Below are positions 19,357-28,407 of a DNA stretch of 44,127 nucleotides, one piece after another. How positions within the stretch are numbered: the first letter of the stretch is position 1; every line of letters starts with the position of its first letter. Position numbers and translations under genes: made by a program. Source of the stretch: Neisseriaceae bacterium (GTDB lineage Bacteria > Pseudomonadota > Gammaproteobacteria > Burkholderiales > Neisseriaceae). Where the stretch lies: NCBI GenBank assembly GCA_017518845.1, contig JAFWTP010000098.1, positions 1 to 44,127 on the forward strand, given 5' to 3'. Below the pieces are notes generated by a model. The model saw nothing but the letters and a program-made list of their open reading frames with translations, was not told the origin of the DNA and did not search any database.

Positions 19357-20757
19357 TTACACCGTTTTAGAATAAACCGCCGTAGTTTGTTTATGCCGCA
19401 GGTGATAATCGAACACCATGGCAATGTTGCGGATTAAAAAACGCCCTTTGTCGGTTACCCAAATGAATTTGGGTTCGATTTCTACCAAGCCGTCTTGTTG
19501 CAGTTGTTGCATTTCTGCCATTTCTGTTTTGAAGTATTGTTCAAATTTTAAGCCGTATTGTTGTTCATAAGGCAAGAACGATAGGGCAAAGCGGCACATT
19601 AAATCTTGAATAATGTTGCGACGGAGCAGGTCGTCTTTATTGAGTGTGTAACCTCGAATAACGGGCAAGTGTCCGCTGTCCAAGGCGGCGTAATATTCTT
19701 CGGTGGTTTTGGCGTTTTGGCAGTAAATGTTGCCGACTTTGCCGATACTGGAAATGCCCAAGCCGATTAAATCGCAATCGGCGTGCGTGGAATAGCCTTG
19801 AAAATTGCGTTGCAAGCGTCCTTGTCGTAAGGCAATCGACAATTCGTCTTGCGGTTTGGCAAAGTGATCCATGCCGATGAATATATAGCCTGCGTCTGTT
19901 AGGCGTTGTACGGCGTATTGCAATATGTCTAATTTTTCTTGCGAACTGGGTACAGCGGCGGTATCAATGCGGCGTTGTGGCTTGAATAAATGCGGCAAAT
20001 GGGCGTAGTGATACAGCGATATGCGGTCGGGGTCGAGTTTGCTTAATACTTTGTCAAGCGTGGTTGTCATGCTTGCCACGCTTTGGTGCGGCAAACCGTA
20101 GATTAAATCCACGCTAATCGATTTAAACCCTGATTCGCGTGCGGCATTCACCACGATTTGTGTTTCTTCTTCGCTTTGTACACGATTCACTGCTTTCTGC
20201 ACAATCGGGTCAAAGTCCTGCACGCCCACGCTCATGCGGTTAAAACCTAATTTCGCTAAATTGCGAACATTCTCGGCACTCACCTTGCGTGGGTCGATTT
20301 CAATCGAATATTCGCCGTTGTCAATCAATTCAAAGGCATTGCCGATAATCTCAAACACGCGGGCTAATTGTTCGTCCGACAAAAAAGTGGGCGTGCCGCC
20401 GCCAAAATGCAACTGTTCCAAGCGGGTTATGCCTGTTAAATGCGGTTTGAGTAATTGCGTCTCTTTTTGTAAATAATTGATATAAATATCCGCTTGCGAT
20501 TTGTCTTTGGTGGCAATTTTATTGCAGCCGCAGTAAAAGCAAATTACATTGCAAAAGGGAATATGCACATATAAAGACAGCGGACGATTCAACGCCCCCG
20601 ATTTGCGTTGTGCTAATGCGTGGGTGTAGTTTTGTTCCGTAAAGTCGGCGGTAAAGCGGTCGGCTGTCGGGTAAGAAGTATATCGCGGACCATTTGACGG
20701 CAGGCGTTCAATTAACGCACGGTCGAAGTCAATATTTTGAAAATTTTGCATCTTCAT
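19357..20757 (-). CDS. hemN: Oxygen-independent coproporphyrinogen III oxidase (radical SAM)
   Basis: 466 aa with the radical SAM motif CNVICFYCGC and a HemN-type C-terminal domain. Confidence 0.92.
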   Translation of the reverse strand: MKMQNFQNIDFDRALIERLPSNGPRYTSYPTADRFTADFTEQNYTHALAQRKSGALNRPLSLYVHIPFCNVICFYCGCNKIATKDKSQADIYINYLQKETQLLKPHLTGITRLEQLHFGGGTPTFLSDEQLARVFEIIGNAFELIDNGEYSIEIDPRKVSAENVRNLAKLGFNRMSVGVQDFDPIVQKAVNRVQSEEETQIVVNAARESGFKSISVDLIYGLPHQSVASMTTTLDKVLSKLDPDRISLYHYAHLPHLFKPQRRIDTAAVPSSQEKLDILQYAVQRLTDAGYIFIGMDHFAKPQDELSIALRQGRLQRNFQGYSTHADCDLIGLGISSIGKVGNIYCQNAKTTEEYYAALDSGHLPVIRGYTLNKDDLLRRNIIQDLMCRFALSFLPYEQQYGLKFEQYFKTEMAEMQQLQQDGLVEIEPKFIWVTDKGRFLIRNIAMVFDYHLRHKQTTAVYSKTV

Positions 20758-20811
20758 TTTGTGGTTTGGTGTTCAAGTTTGGTAAAATCGCACTGTTTCG
20801 CAAAAAGTGTT

Positions 20812-20825
20812 TTGACAGTTGTCAA
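20812..20825. promoter_or_regulatory. Candidate FNR/CRP-family operator (TTGAC-N4-GTCAA)
   Basis: Perfect palindrome TTGACagttGTCAA centred about 61 bp upstream of the hemN start, in the divergent hemN-fnr intergenic region. Confidence 0.55.
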
Positions 20826-20994
20826 ATAATATACGAAAATGCGAACTTTGTTAAAACAAATTTGATTATAGCCAAACAAATGTTGCGTTTGGTTAAGCGT
20901 GGGGTTTCTAAAAATAAGCATTTCAGGCTGCCTGAACATTTGTTTATTTTTAAAAATCTCAAAAATTCATAGTTTTTTAGAAATTTAGATAAAA

Positions 20995-21756
20995 ATGTTA
21001 GATTGTCAAAGTTGCGAGAAGCCACAGGCGTTAAAAATTTTATGTTCCAACTGTTCTTTGCGAGAACTGTGTTTGCCTGTGGGCTTAAATCCCGATGAAT
21101 TTGAACAACTGAACACAGTAATTCGTCAAAGTCGCCACATTAAAAAAGGCGAATATTTGTTCCGTGTGGGCGATGAATTTGTGTCGCTGTTTGCCGTTCG
21201 TACGGGCTTTTTCAAAACAAATATCGCCAGCCTTGACGGTCGAGACCAAGTTACAGGCTTTTTTATGTCGGGCGAACTCATCGGCATGGACGGCTTGTCT
21301 AACAATGTACATTCGTGCAACGCCGTTGCATTAGAAGACAGCGAAGTGTGCGAACTGCCATTTGACCGCTTGGAAGAATTGTACGGCGAAATTCCCACAC
21401 TACAACGCCATTTTATCCGCTTAATGAGTAGCGAAATTGTGAGAGACCAAAATGTCATGCTCTTGTTAGGCAATATGAAATCCGAAGAACGATTAGCCGC
21501 ATTTTTAATGAACCTATCCCAACGCCTGCGTGCAAGGGGCTTCGCGTCTAACGAATTTATTTTAAGAATGTCGCGAGAAGAAATCGGCAGTTATTTGGGC
21601 TTAAAATTAGAAACCGTCAGCCGCACATTCTCTAAATTTCAACAAGCAGGCTGGATTGATGTTAATCACAAACACATTCGCTTAACCAACCCGCTGGAAT
21701 TAAACAAACTCATCGCAGGCAGCAACAGCGATGACGAAACACAGGAAGAAGAATAA
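20995..21756 (+). CDS. fnr: FNR-type anaerobic transcriptional regulator (Crp/Fnr family)
   Basis: N-terminal Cys cluster (C4, C7, C17, C20, C26) plus a central Cys. A cNMP-like beta-roll is present, with a C-terminal HTH (EEIGSYLGLKLETVSRTFSKF). Confidence 0.9.
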   Translation: MLDCQSCEKPQALKILCSNCSLRELCLPVGLNPDEFEQLNTVIRQSRHIKKGEYLFRVGDEFVSLFAVRTGFFKTNIASLDGRDQVTGFFMSGELIGMDGLSNNVHSCNAVALEDSEVCELPFDRLEELYGEIPTLQRHFIRLMSSEIVRDQNVMLLLGNMKSEERLAAFLMNLSQRLRARGFASNEFILRMSREEIGSYLGLKLETVSRTFSKFQQAGWIDVNHKHIRLTNPLELNKLIAGSNSDDETQEEE

Positions 21757-21758
21757 TT

Positions 21759-22006
21759 AGCAATGAGCAATGAGTAGTGTGATACTGCTCATTGTTTTTT
21801 TTCAGGCAGCCTGAAAAAACTACTGTCATTACGAGCGCAGCCGTAAGGCTATGCGTAGTAATCTTCTGACTATGAAAAACGGCAGTGCAAAAATGTTTTC
21901 AGGCTGCCTGAAAAAATAATCGAAGCGTTATCTTAATCAATAATCCGTTTTGCCTGATAAGGCAAAACCAAATAACTGCTCACTGCTAACTACTCACTGC
22001 TCACTG
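21759..22006. mobile_element. About 250-bp MITE with heptad-type inverted ends (GCAATGA/GCAGTGA), intact copy
   Basis: The left end AGCAATGAGCAATGAGTAGTG is mirrored by a right end ...CTACTCACTGCTCACTG. It contains two uptake sequences and a GTCATTACGAG hairpin. It begins 3 nt after the fnr stop. Confidence 0.65.
21769..21802 (+). terminator. Intrinsic terminator supplied by the MITE left end (serves fnr)
   Basis: AATGAGTAG-tgtgata-CTGCTCATT followed by G and T8. Confidence 0.75.
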
Positions 22007-22036
22007 AATTTCAGGTAACCTGAAACGCAAAAAAAC

Positions 22037-22065
22037 CTTGAAAAATTGCTCAATAAGCCTTATCT
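22037..22065 (+). promoter_or_regulatory. Candidate sigma32 (heat-shock) promoter of htpX
   Basis: CTTGAAA (22037-22043), a 14-nt spacer, then CCTTATCT (22058-22065). This resembles CTTGAA-N13-17-CCCCATNT. Confidence 0.4.
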
Positions 22066-22108
22066 TTACCGTTTGAATTTTCTTGTTAAATAAAGGAGGT
22101 TATCCCCT

Positions 22109-22981
22109 ATGTTCAAACGCATTGTTTTATTTTTGCTGACTAACATTGCCGTGATGGTAATGTTTTCCATTATTTTAGCAATATTAAGTGCATTCGGTAT
22201 TAACACCGACCCGAATACTATGGGCGGATTGTTGGTATTTTCTGCCGTGTTTGGTTTTTTGGGTTCGTTTATTTCGCTCTTGCTATCTAAAACAATGGCT
22301 TTGCGTTCCGTGGGCGGACGCGTGATTGAAAATCCTGCCAATCAAGATGAAGCATGGTTGTTATCCACAGTGGAACGCTTGGCGATGCAATGGAACTTAA
22401 AAACGCCGCAAGTGGCGATTTACGATTCACCCGACCCGAATGCCTTTGCCACAGGTGCCAGAAAAAATGCGTCTTTAATTGCGGTTTCCACAGGCTTAAT
22501 GCAGTGTATGACCAAAGACGAAGTGGAAGGCGTTTTGGGACACGAAATGGCACACATTGGCAACGGCGATATGGTAACGATGACCTTGATTCAAGGCGTG
22601 GTGAATACTTTTGTGATTTTCTTCTCTCGCATTATCGCTCAAATTGCCGCCGCACAAGTAAAAGAACAATTAGCAGGTTTGGTATTTTTTGTGTGCAATA
22701 TTGTGCTGCAAATTGTATTCGGTTTGCTGGCAAGTGTTGTTGTCATGTGGTTCTCTCGCATGCGTGAATATCGTGCAGACGCGGGCAGTGCAAAATTCGT
22801 TGGCACAGGCAAAATGGTTGCCGCTTTACGCAAATTACAACAAATGCACGGACAAGTGGAAAACGAACCCCTGCCACAATCGGTGAATGCAATGGGCATT
22901 TCGGGTAGCCGTGATTCGCTTTTTTCTACGCACCCATCATTGGAAAATCGCATTGCGAGATTGCAACAATCGCCTATGTAA
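22109..22981 (+). CDS. htpX: Zinc metalloprotease HtpX (M48 family)
   Basis: 290 aa with four TM segments, the HEMAH zinc motif and an AAAGGAGG RBS. Confidence 0.92.
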   Translation: MFKRIVLFLLTNIAVMVMFSIILAILSAFGINTDPNTMGGLLVFSAVFGFLGSFISLLLSKTMALRSVGGRVIENPANQDEAWLLSTVERLAMQWNLKTPQVAIYDSPDPNAFATGARKNASLIAVSTGLMQCMTKDEVEGVLGHEMAHIGNGDMVTMTLIQGVVNTFVIFFSRIIAQIAAAQVKEQLAGLVFFVCNIVLQIVFGLLASVVVMWFSRMREYRADAGSAKFVGTGKMVAALRKLQQMHGQVENEPLPQSVNAMGISGSRDSLFSTHPSLENRIARLQQSPM

Positions 22982-22998
22982 TCTAATGAGCAATGAGC

Positions 22999-23032
22999 AA
23001 TGAGCAGTGCGATACTGCTCATTGTTTTTTTT
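22999..23032 (+). terminator. Intrinsic terminator supplied by the MITE left end (serves htpX)
   Basis: AATGAGCAG-tgcgata-CTGCTCATT followed by G and T8, starting 18 nt after the htpX stop. Confidence 0.75.
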
Positions 23033-23149
23033 CAGGCAGCCTGAAAAAACTACTGTCATTGTCGTCCCGACAGACAGTTGTTAGCGGTTTTACCGCTTAC
23101 AACTGTGTCGCCCCGAGCGTCAAGCGTGGGGGTCTCGAAGTTAGTGCGT

Positions 23150-23490
23150 AGTATAGTCAAACAACTTCAAAATGTTAAAAACTGTGTCATTGCGAGCCGT
23201 GATGAAATCACGGCGTGGCAATCCAATGAATTGCATAGCAATTCATCAACGCTGATAAGCGTTGTAACGGACTTATATGCTATCATTTCAGGTAGCCTTA
23301 AATTGCTTACGAACCTTGTCGTTACAACGCCTGCGGCGTTGGTAAAAAAATCTACGATTTTTTTACTGGATTACCACGCCAAGCTTTTCGGCTTGGCTCG
23401 TAATGACACACAGGATTAAATTTAAATTGCAGAATATTTATGCACAGTGCATTATTTTTATTTTTGTATTTTGAAGTTGTTTGACTATAC
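23150..23490. mobile_element. Correia-like element (TATAGTCAAACAACTTCAAAAT ends) carrying a nested MITE
   Basis: Near-perfect 22-bp inverted ends at 23152-23173 and 23468-23489. The interior hosts the 23182-23413 element. Confidence 0.6.
23182..23413. mobile_element. About 230-bp MITE with CTGTGTCATTGCGAG...CTCGTAATGACACACAG ends
   Basis: The inverted ends each include a hairpin (GAGCCGTGATgaaATCACGGCGTGGCAATCC). A sibling with the same ends lies at 27877-28105. Confidence 0.6.
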
Positions 23491-23870
23491 GAGCATAGCC
23501 GTAAGGCTATTCGTAGTCATCTTCTGACTATAAAAAACGGCAGTGCAAAAATGATTTCAGGCAGCCTGAATGGATAGATTTTTTAAATGTCACACGGATT
23601 GGAAATTGCTTACGCAATTTCTCTAAACATAATAGAAACGGCGTTAGCCGTTTCCAATCCGTGTGATAATAAAAAAAACAAAATGATTACAGTAGATTAA
23701 ATCTTTTCAGGCAGCCTGAAAGAAACTCGAAGCGTTATCTAAAATTATCTGTTTTGCCTGACAAGGCAAAACATAGCACCTAATTGCTCACTGCTCATTG
23801 CTAATTATTTTTCAGGCTGCCTGAAAATATGCGACACTTACGCCTTTAATACAGAACACAATTGATTACA

Positions 23871-25127
23871 ATGAACGCTTTAATTTTTCACAAAACCGTT
23901 GAAATTACGCAACAAATTTTATCTTTCACACAACCTGCGGACGCTTGTTTGTCGGCTTTTTTTCGCTCGAACAATAAGTTAGGAAGACAGGATAGGGGGC
24001 AAATTGCCGAAACGGTGTTTGCCCTGTTGCGGCATTATGAAAAAATACACACGCTGTTAAATGGGCATTTGTCGGCAAAAATGGCGGTGTTGTGTTGCTT
24101 AATGACGCAACAAGGTTTTTCGGTGTCGGCTTTGCAAGATTTTTGTAATAATGAAGAAAAACAATGTCTTATTGATATAAAACAACAAGCAAAAAATCTT
24201 TCAGGCAGCCTGAATATTCAGGCGGAATTGCCGTTTTGGCTGATTGACGCTTTGCGTTTGTCTTATTCTGATGAAGAAATCGTCAAAATCGGGCAAGCCA
24301 TGCAAGCACCTGCACCTTTGGATATTCGTGTTAATATCTTAAAAAATCAACGAGATAAAGTGTTAAAACAGTTGCAAGAAATGGGTTTATCGGCTCTTGC
24401 TACGCCATTTTCGCCTTACGGCATTCGTTTGCAGGACAAAACCGCATTCAACAAACACCCCCTGTTTTTAGACGGCACGATTGAAGTTCAGGACGAAGGC
24501 AGTCAGTTGTTATCGCTTTTATCAGGAGCAAAACGCGGTTTGACTGTGGTTGATTTTTGTGCAGGTGCGGGCGGCAAAACGCTGGCGATGGGGGCGTTAA
24601 TGCAAAACAAAGGACGCTTATATGCCTTTGATATTTCAGAAAAAAGATTAAATAATCTCAAACCACGCCTCACTCGTTCAGGTTTAGGCAATGTTCTGCC
24701 ACAACGCATAGACCATGAGAACGACAGCAAATTGCAACGCCTGTGGAATAAGGCGGATATTGTTTTGGTTGATGCACCGTGTTCAGGCACAGGCACGCTG
24801 CGGCGAAACCCCGATATTAAATACCGCCAATCGCCCGACAAAATCGCCCGCATAGTCGAACAACAAGCATCTATTTTTCAGGCAGCCTCTCAATTAGTGG
24901 CAATGGGCGGACGTTTGATTTACGCCTCGTGCAGCCTATTGCGTGCCGAAAACGAAGCCCAAGTAGAAACATTTTTACAACACAATCCACAATTTACATT
25001 AGAAAACGCCGCCGAATTATTATCGCCCTATATATCAGTCGATAGCAGCAACAAAATGCTGCGACTAAACCCCGTTACCCACAACACAGACGGCTTTTTT
25101 GCAGCGGTTTTGATAAGAAAAAAATAG
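23871..25127 (+). CDS. RsmB/Sun-family RNA cytosine-C5 methyltransferase
   Basis: NusB-like N-terminus, SAM motif DFCAGAGGKT, and catalytic DAPCSGTG and ASCSL motifs. ATG at 23871 is preferred over the TTG at 23862. Confidence 0.85.
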   Translation: MNALIFHKTVEITQQILSFTQPADACLSAFFRSNNKLGRQDRGQIAETVFALLRHYEKIHTLLNGHLSAKMAVLCCLMTQQGFSVSALQDFCNNEEKQCLIDIKQQAKNLSGSLNIQAELPFWLIDALRLSYSDEEIVKIGQAMQAPAPLDIRVNILKNQRDKVLKQLQEMGLSALATPFSPYGIRLQDKTAFNKHPLFLDGTIEVQDEGSQLLSLLSGAKRGLTVVDFCAGAGGKTLAMGALMQNKGRLYAFDISEKRLNNLKPRLTRSGLGNVLPQRIDHENDSKLQRLWNKADIVLVDAPCSGTGTLRRNPDIKYRQSPDKIARIVEQQASIFQAASQLVAMGGRLIYASCSLLRAENEAQVETFLQHNPQFTLENAAELLSPYISVDSSNKMLRLNPVTHNTDGFFAAVLIRKK

Positions 25128-25220
25128 TTTCAGGCAGCCTGAAATAGATTAAAGATAGCGTAAATAGTCCATTTAATGTTATATTAAGCGGTTTCAAATT
25201 TTCCGACAGGAGAACAAACG

Positions 25221-25640
25221 ATGAGTCAATTAGCACGGCAAGTCAAAGCCTATTTTGACGACAAAAAACTCAACTACGAAACCCGCACGGGGGAAAATGA
25301 AGAAACCTTAATTCGTGCAGGTTTTGAGATGAAAAACTCGGAAGCCGTTAGCATTATTATGGTGTTTCCCAAAGATGAGCAAGCGTGCAAACTGTTTGCG
25401 TATGAAATCATCAAATTCAAAGCCGCTCGCAGAAATGAAGAATATAAATTCTGCAACGATGTGAATGTGCGTTATCGCTGGGTGAAATTTTACGCCGAAG
25501 AACAAGCCGACAGCATTACCGCCACAATGGATATTTTGTTGCCCAGCATCGACATGTGTGGCGAAAAAGTATTTGCCTCATGTATGAACTTCTTGGGCAT
25601 TATTGACGAAGCCTGCGGCATTCACAACAACGAAGTGTAA
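25221..25640 (+). CDS. YbjN-like (T3SS-chaperone-fold) protein, paralogue 1
   Basis: 139 aa with an AGGAG RBS. The pattern YFD...L.YE......L...FE.KN......I.VF........RYRWVKFY matches the next gene and, tentatively, the YbjN family. Confidence 0.45.
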   Translation: MSQLARQVKAYFDDKKLNYETRTGENEETLIRAGFEMKNSEAVSIIMVFPKDEQACKLFAYEIIKFKAARRNEEYKFCNDVNVRYRWVKFYAEEQADSITATMDILLPSIDMCGEKVFASCMNFLGIIDEACGIHNNEV

Positions 25641-25651
25641 GGAGTATAAAA

Positions 25652-26077
25652 ATGGCGAATAAAGCAGCAGAAATTGCACAAAAATATTTTGATAGCATTA
25701 ACTTTTCTTATACCGTAACGGGGGACGATGGTGAAGCCTTGCGTGCGGCTTTTGAGTTAAAAAATCGCACTGATTTAGATTTAATGATGATTTTCGACCC
25801 TGCCGCCAACAGTTGTGCCATTCGTTCGTTTGGCATTGCCAAAATTCAAGAAGGCACGGAAGATAAAATTTATGCCTTGTTAAATCGCTTAAACGCACAA
25901 TTTCGCTGGGTGAAATTTACGCTGATTGACGGCACAAGAACCATCGTAGCGGCAGACGATTTGTTGTTAGAAGAAAAAACCATCGGCGAAGAAACCTTCT
26001 CGCATTGTATGCAAATGGCACGCATTATTGACGAAGCGTACCCTGAAATTATGCAAACCATTTGGGGCAGTAACTAA
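25652..26077 (+). CDS. YbjN-like (T3SS-chaperone-fold) protein, paralogue 2
   Basis: 141 aa with an AAGGAG RBS. It is a paralogue of the preceding gene (QFRWVKFT). Its stop overlaps the grx start (TAATG). Confidence 0.45.
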   Translation: MANKAAEIAQKYFDSINFSYTVTGDDGEALRAAFELKNRTDLDLMMIFDPAANSCAIRSFGIAKIQEGTEDKIYALLNRLNAQFRWVKFTLIDGTRTIVAADDLLLEEKTIGEETFSHCMQMARIIDEAYPEIMQTIWGSN

Positions 26078-26382
26078 TGGATATTCAACAAAAAATTGAT
26101 GAAATTGTCAAAAGCCACAAAGTGGTGTTGATGATGAAAGGCACCAAGCAATTTCCGCAATGCGGCTTTTCAGGCAGGGCTGTGGAACTCTTGAAAGCCG
26201 CAGGTTGCGAAGATTATTTTGTGGTGAATATCTTGCAAGAGCCTGAAATCCGTCAAGGTGCGAAAGAATACGCCGACTGGCCAACTTTTCCGCAACTTTA
26301 TATCAACGGCGAATTTATCGGCGGTGCGGATATTATGTGGGAAATGTATCAGGCTGGCGAATTGCAACAGGCTTTGGCATAA
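26077..26382 (+). CDS. grxD: Monothiol glutaredoxin (Grx4 type)
   Basis: 101 aa with the CGFS active site and the WPTFPQLYI.GEFIGG motif. Confidence 0.92.
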   Translation: MDIQQKIDEIVKSHKVVLMMKGTKQFPQCGFSGRAVELLKAAGCEDYFVVNILQEPEIRQGAKEYADWPTFPQLYINGEFIGGADIMWEMYQAGELQQALA

Positions 26383-26412
26383 GCGTTCAGGCTACCTGAA
26401 AATAAGTGCGAT

Positions 26413-26445
26413 AAAAAATCTCATTCATTTGAATGAGATTTTTTT
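26413..26445 (+). terminator. Intrinsic terminator after grxD
   Basis: AAAAAATCTCATTCA-ttt-GAATGAGATTTTTTT. Confidence 0.8.
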
Positions 26446-26500
26446 AGCCTGCCTGAAAGATTATTTACTATGACAGTGTCATAGTTGTATAATCGGAAAT

Positions 26501-26824
26501 ATGATGAAAGTGATGTTTATTGAATTAACCGCATTCAGTCGTGAACGTGAAAAGTATTTGCCAGATGATATTTTTCATGAATTTCAGGAATTTTTAGCCG
26601 AAAATCCTGAATATGGCGATATGATAGTTGGTACAGGCGGTTGTCGCAAAATTCGTTGGCAAAGAAAAAACACAGGAAAATCAGGCGGTGTGCGAGTGAT
26701 TTACTATTATCTTGGACGAAAAAATCGCATTTATTTGTTGTTAATTTATCCCAAAAATGTGCAGGATAATCTTACCGATGAACAACGCAAAATGCTGAAA
26801 TCTGTTGTAAGTGCTTTGGAGTAA
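26501..26824 (+). CDS. higB: HigB-2-type (RelE/ParE superfamily) toxin
   Basis: Strong resemblance to Vibrio HigB-2 as I recall it: F.E...F...R..YL.D......Q..L..NP..GD.I.GTGG.RKIR.......GKSGG.R.IYYY......IYLL.IY.KN...NL...Q. Confidence 0.85.
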   Translation: MMKVMFIELTAFSREREKYLPDDIFHEFQEFLAENPEYGDMIVGTGGCRKIRWQRKNTGKSGGVRVIYYYLGRKNRIYLLLIYPKNVQDNLTDEQRKMLKSVVSALE

Positions 26825-26827
26825 TGT

Positions 26828-27124
26828 ATGGAAAAACAATTATTTAACGATTTATTACAATCCGCACAAGAAATGGTTGCGATTGAAAAGGGCGAAATGC
26901 CTTTATCTGCGGTAAAAACGCATACGATTGAACTACCCAATGTCAAACATTTGCGTGGCAATTTGCATTTAACGCAGGAAGAATTATCCAAAGCAGTGGG
27001 CGTGAGTACGGCTTTGGTGCAATCGTGGGAAGCGAAGCGGCGTTTCCCGTCTGGTGCGGCGTTAAAAATCTTGCGTTTATTAGAAAAAGACGCTTCGTTT
27101 TTGAAAAAACTACAAGCCGTATAA
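26828..27124 (+). CDS. higA: HigA-2-type antitoxin (XRE-family HTH)
   Basis: 98 aa, starting 3 nt after the toxin stop. The HTH is LTQEELSKAVGVSTALVQSWEAKRRFPSGAALKIL. Confidence 0.85.
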   Translation: MEKQLFNDLLQSAQEMVAIEKGEMPLSAVKTHTIELPNVKHLRGNLHLTQEELSKAVGVSTALVQSWEAKRRFPSGAALKILRLLEKDASFLKKLQAV

Positions 27125-27151
27125 GGCTGCCTGAAAACGATGAGTATAATG

Positions 27152-27188
27152 AAAATCCCATTTTTTAGAATGGGATTTTGTTTTTTTT
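27152..27188 (+). terminator. Intrinsic terminator after higA
   Basis: AAAATCCCATTttttagAATGGGATTTTGTTTTTTTT. Confidence 0.8.
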
Positions 27189-27277
27189 AGGCAGGTGCAA
27201 AAGATTTAACAGACAATATTATTTCTATTTGTAATACAATACACCCCCGATTTTTTATTTTCAGGCAGCCTGAAATT

Positions 27278-27844
27278 ATGAGCATTAAATCCGACAAATG
27301 GATTCGCCAAATGAGCGAGACGCACGGTATGATTGAACCGTTTGAGCCTAATCAAATCAAAGAAATTGACGGCAAAAAAGTGATTTCTTACGGTACTTCG
27401 TCTTATGGTTACGATATTCGCTGTGCCCGAGAATTTAAGATTTTTACTAATATTAACAGCACCATAGTCGATCCCAAGAACTTCGACCCACGCAATTTTG
27501 TGGAAGTGGAAGACGATTTTTGCATTATTCCGCCCAATTCCTTTGCACTGGCTCGCACGGTGGAATATTTTCGCATTCCGCGAAATATTTTAACCGTGTG
27601 CTTGGGCAAATCGACTTATGCGCGTTGCGGCATTATTGTGAATGTAACGCCGTTTGAACCCGAATGGGAAGGCTTTGTTACGCTGGAATTTTCTAACACC
27701 ACGCCTTTGCCAGCTAAAATTTACGCAGGCGAAGGTGTCGCACAGGTGCTGTTTTTTGAAAGCGATGAAGCGTGCGAAACTTCATATAAAGACCGCAACG
27801 GCAAATATATGGGACAAACGGGGGTTACGCTACCCAAAGCGTAG
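27278..27844 (+). CDS. dcd: dCTP deaminase
   Basis: 188 aa. The N-terminus [10 protein letters not shown]..., the SSYGYD.R motif and the VTLE.SN motif are typical of Dcd. Confidence 0.92.
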   Translation: MSIKSDKWIRQMSETHGMIEPFEPNQIKEIDGKKVISYGTSSYGYDIRCAREFKIFTNINSTIVDPKNFDPRNFVEVEDDFCIIPPNSFALARTVEYFRIPRNILTVCLGKSTYARCGIIVNVTPFEPEWEGFVTLEFSNTTPLPAKIYAGEGVAQVLFFESDEACETSYKDRNGKYMGQTGVTLPKA

Positions 27845-27876
27845 CGTTTTATGTTTTCAGGCAGCCTGAATTTAAA

Positions 27877-28105
27877 CTGTGTGTCATTACGAGATTTGGG
27901 CGTAGCCCAAATCGTGGTAATTTGATTACCACGCGTTTGCTCGTAACAACGCCGTAAGGCATTGTAACGCACTGTTTCTTTTACTATTTAGGCAATAGAT
28001 AAGGCTTAATGCAATACCGTTAAAACGCCTTGCGGCGTTTGTTTTGCCTAACGGCAAAACATAGATTGCCACGATTTTTCCTGCGGAAAAATCTCGCAAT
28101 GACAC
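27877..28105. mobile_element. About 230-bp MITE with GTGTCATTACGAG...CTCGCAATGACAC ends
   Basis: The inverted ends are of the same family as 23182-23413. The interior holds CAACGCC/GGCGTTG-type hairpins. Confidence 0.6.
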
Positions 28106-28161
28106 TCGGATTTTTAATTTTTAGAAGTCCCTATAAACAATCACTTAAAAGGAACAAAACC

Positions 28162-28407
28162 ATGAGCGAACGAATGGTTCAATGTGTAAAATTAGGCAAA
28201 CAGGCGGTGGGCTTAAAATTTCCGCCCTTGCCCAATGAGTTAGGCAAACGCATTTTTGACAATGTTTCCCAAGAAGCGTGGGCAGGCTGGATGCAGCGGC
28301 AAACCATGATTATCAACGAAAACCGCCTGAATTTAGCCGAAGCCGCAGCCCGCGAATACATTTATCAGCAAATGGAAGAATATTTTTTTGGCGACAATGT
28401 CTCATAG
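28162..28407 (+). CDS. yggX: Fe(2+)-trafficking / oxidative damage protection protein YggX
   Basis: 81 aa: MVQCVKLGK...GL.FPPLP.ELGKRIF.NVSQEAW..W...QTM.INE.RL. The start is moved to 28162 because the upstream part of the track ORF reads through a MITE. Confidence 0.88.
   Translation: MSERMVQCVKLGKQAVGLKFPPLPNELGKRIFDNVSQEAWAGWMQRQTMIINENRLNLAEAAAREYIYQQMEEYFFGDNVS

Larger units (their letters stand above)
22985..23802. mobile_element. Second copy of the heptad-ended MITE, expanded by nested insertions
   Basis: The ends match 21759-22006 (AATGAGCAATGAGCAATGAGCAGTG ... ATTGCTCACTGCTCATTGCT). Collinear blocks are interrupted at about 23061-23490 and 23575-23700. Confidence 0.6.

Noticed and set aside
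23078-23419. 113-aa ORF in the htpX-rsmB intergenic region
   Set aside because: It lies entirely within nested MITEs (Correia-like ends at 23152 and 23489, inner element 23182-23413) and has no RBS. Its peptide is a read-through of repeat hairpins.
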